DNA from: Setoptus koraiensis
Taxonomy: Eukaryota > Animalia > Arthropoda
Direction of reading: 5' to 3'
NCBI GenBank assembly: GCA_048013815.1
Contig: CM106586.1
Span: forward strand, 17,670,001 to 17,734,000
DNA: 64,000 bases
The position numbers and the translations under genes are program-made. Below, one piece after another: positions 62,680 to 64,000 of the stretch (within the stretch, counting starts at the first letter, position 1; each line of letters begins with the position of its first letter). The notes below the pieces were generated by a model. That model saw only the letters and a list, made by a program, of their open reading frames with translations, made no database searches and was not told where the DNA came from.

Positions 62680-64000
62680 GGTGGTGCGCTCTCTGTCGCG
62701 CAAACAACGAAGCAATGGGGCGAGCGTTGGGTGGTGTGTTTGTGATAGCCATGTTTTGAGCCTGCTCCGCTCTTGGCCTTGTTCCTATATCACTGCACAT
62801 CACCGCACATCACTGTACATCGCTGTATGTCGCTGTACATCACTGGGTGCTCTTGAATAACTTCGCGCATCTCTCACTGGGTGCTATTCGCTGCTTACTT
62901 TTGCACACACGGTGCCAGCGCACTGTGACCAGCAGCGTGTGTGTGTGTGTGTGTGTGTACAAGGAAAATAAGAAGGTGCCCCAGTGTGGGTCGAACTAAT
63001 GCCGCCGCCATCTCCGACAAGCCGCCCACGTTAGATTAGGCTGCGTTGCGTTAGTGCGCCTAGTGCTGAGCGTATAGCGTGCACCAATAGTGTGTTGCGC
63101 CATTCACATGAGCGGCTATTGAATAATGAGAGCAGACTGGTTGAGGTTGTGCACCCAATGCACACAGCCACTGGGCTGCGACAATATAGTGCACACACAC
63201 TGTTGGAGCTGCACCAGCAGCACTGCTGACCATGCCCCGCTGTGCCCTCTACCAAGATAAATGGGTGCACACACACACACACACGCACCGCATATACATT
63301 GTAGTGCATTGTAGAAAACGTTCTAATGGTGGTGAGGCGCTGGCAGTTCGATTTGTTGTGCTATTATTATTAGATTCGATGTTGGTTGGTGCTGCTGCTG
63401 CTGGTTTGAGACACACAGACGCACAAAAATCGAATTTTGGCGCACAAGCGGGTTAAAATAGACATCTCGCACGCAGATGACACGGCAAGGTTCGTTCGAT
63501 TCTGCCATTTTGCTGCTATTCCGTTGCTATTCCGCTGCTATTTCGCTGCTATTTCGCTGGTGCTGCTGGCCAGGCCATCGCAGTGTACAGTGTATAGAGT
63601 GGTAGCAGCGCACAATAATAATTTATGGCGGACTGGCGAAAATGCTGAAACGATGACGGTGCAGCCGCGACAAAACAGCAAGGATTGCGCAAGAAAATGA
63701 GAATGAAAATAATTTAAAAATAATATTAGTCATACAAGCAAGTGTTACAAGCATAGCGCTTTTTAGATGAAGTGAAATGATGAATATTCAATGAATAACG
63801 ACGACATCGACAACAGTTTAACATTTAACTCGCTGCGCTTCGTGCCAAAATAGGTGCCAAAACGGATGAAACGGCCACAATGAGCGCCCAGGCCACCCAT
63901 TGAACACACATTCACAAATTCTATCATTTTATGTACCGAAATAGTTACGTTATGTAACGCCCTTGTAACGCCACACCCGCAACACTGACCATTCGACAGC

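Noticed and set aside
63304-63314. 11-nt match to the 5' part of miR-33 (GTGCATTGTAG)
   Set aside because: The match stops after 11 nt and there is no flanking precursor hairpin.

Overview
Eukaryotic (animal) genomic DNA. The gene content, a chelicerate-type short Dscam, scarce short introns and abundant CA/CAA microsatellites point to a compact acariform mite genome, possibly eriophyoid (inference, not verified). Recognisable genes in order: a secreted Cys-rich protein (-, runs off the left edge), SAP30BP (+), a small cationic secreted peptide (-), Homer (+), an ELOVL elongase (-), about 14 kb of non-coding DNA with many different minisatellites, the 3' constant exon of a short Dscam (Ig-3xFN3-TM, -) whose 5' exons I could not find in the window, a fukutin-like protein lacking the catalytic DxD (+), SDR39U1 (+), a CYP4-clan P450 (+), SMSr/SAMD8 (-), a patchwork of pseudogene fragments (CYP4 5' end fused to a decayed N6AMT1), and the 4.7-kb 5' exon of still life/Tiam (+). 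Inside the sif intron, antisense, lies a diverged tandem duplication. Each copy carries an intact gene for an unrecognised (Cxx)n tripeptide-repeat protein (22-24% Cys) with a conserved TATA box; this is the most novel-looking item. All family assignments are from recalled motif similarity; no database search was run.
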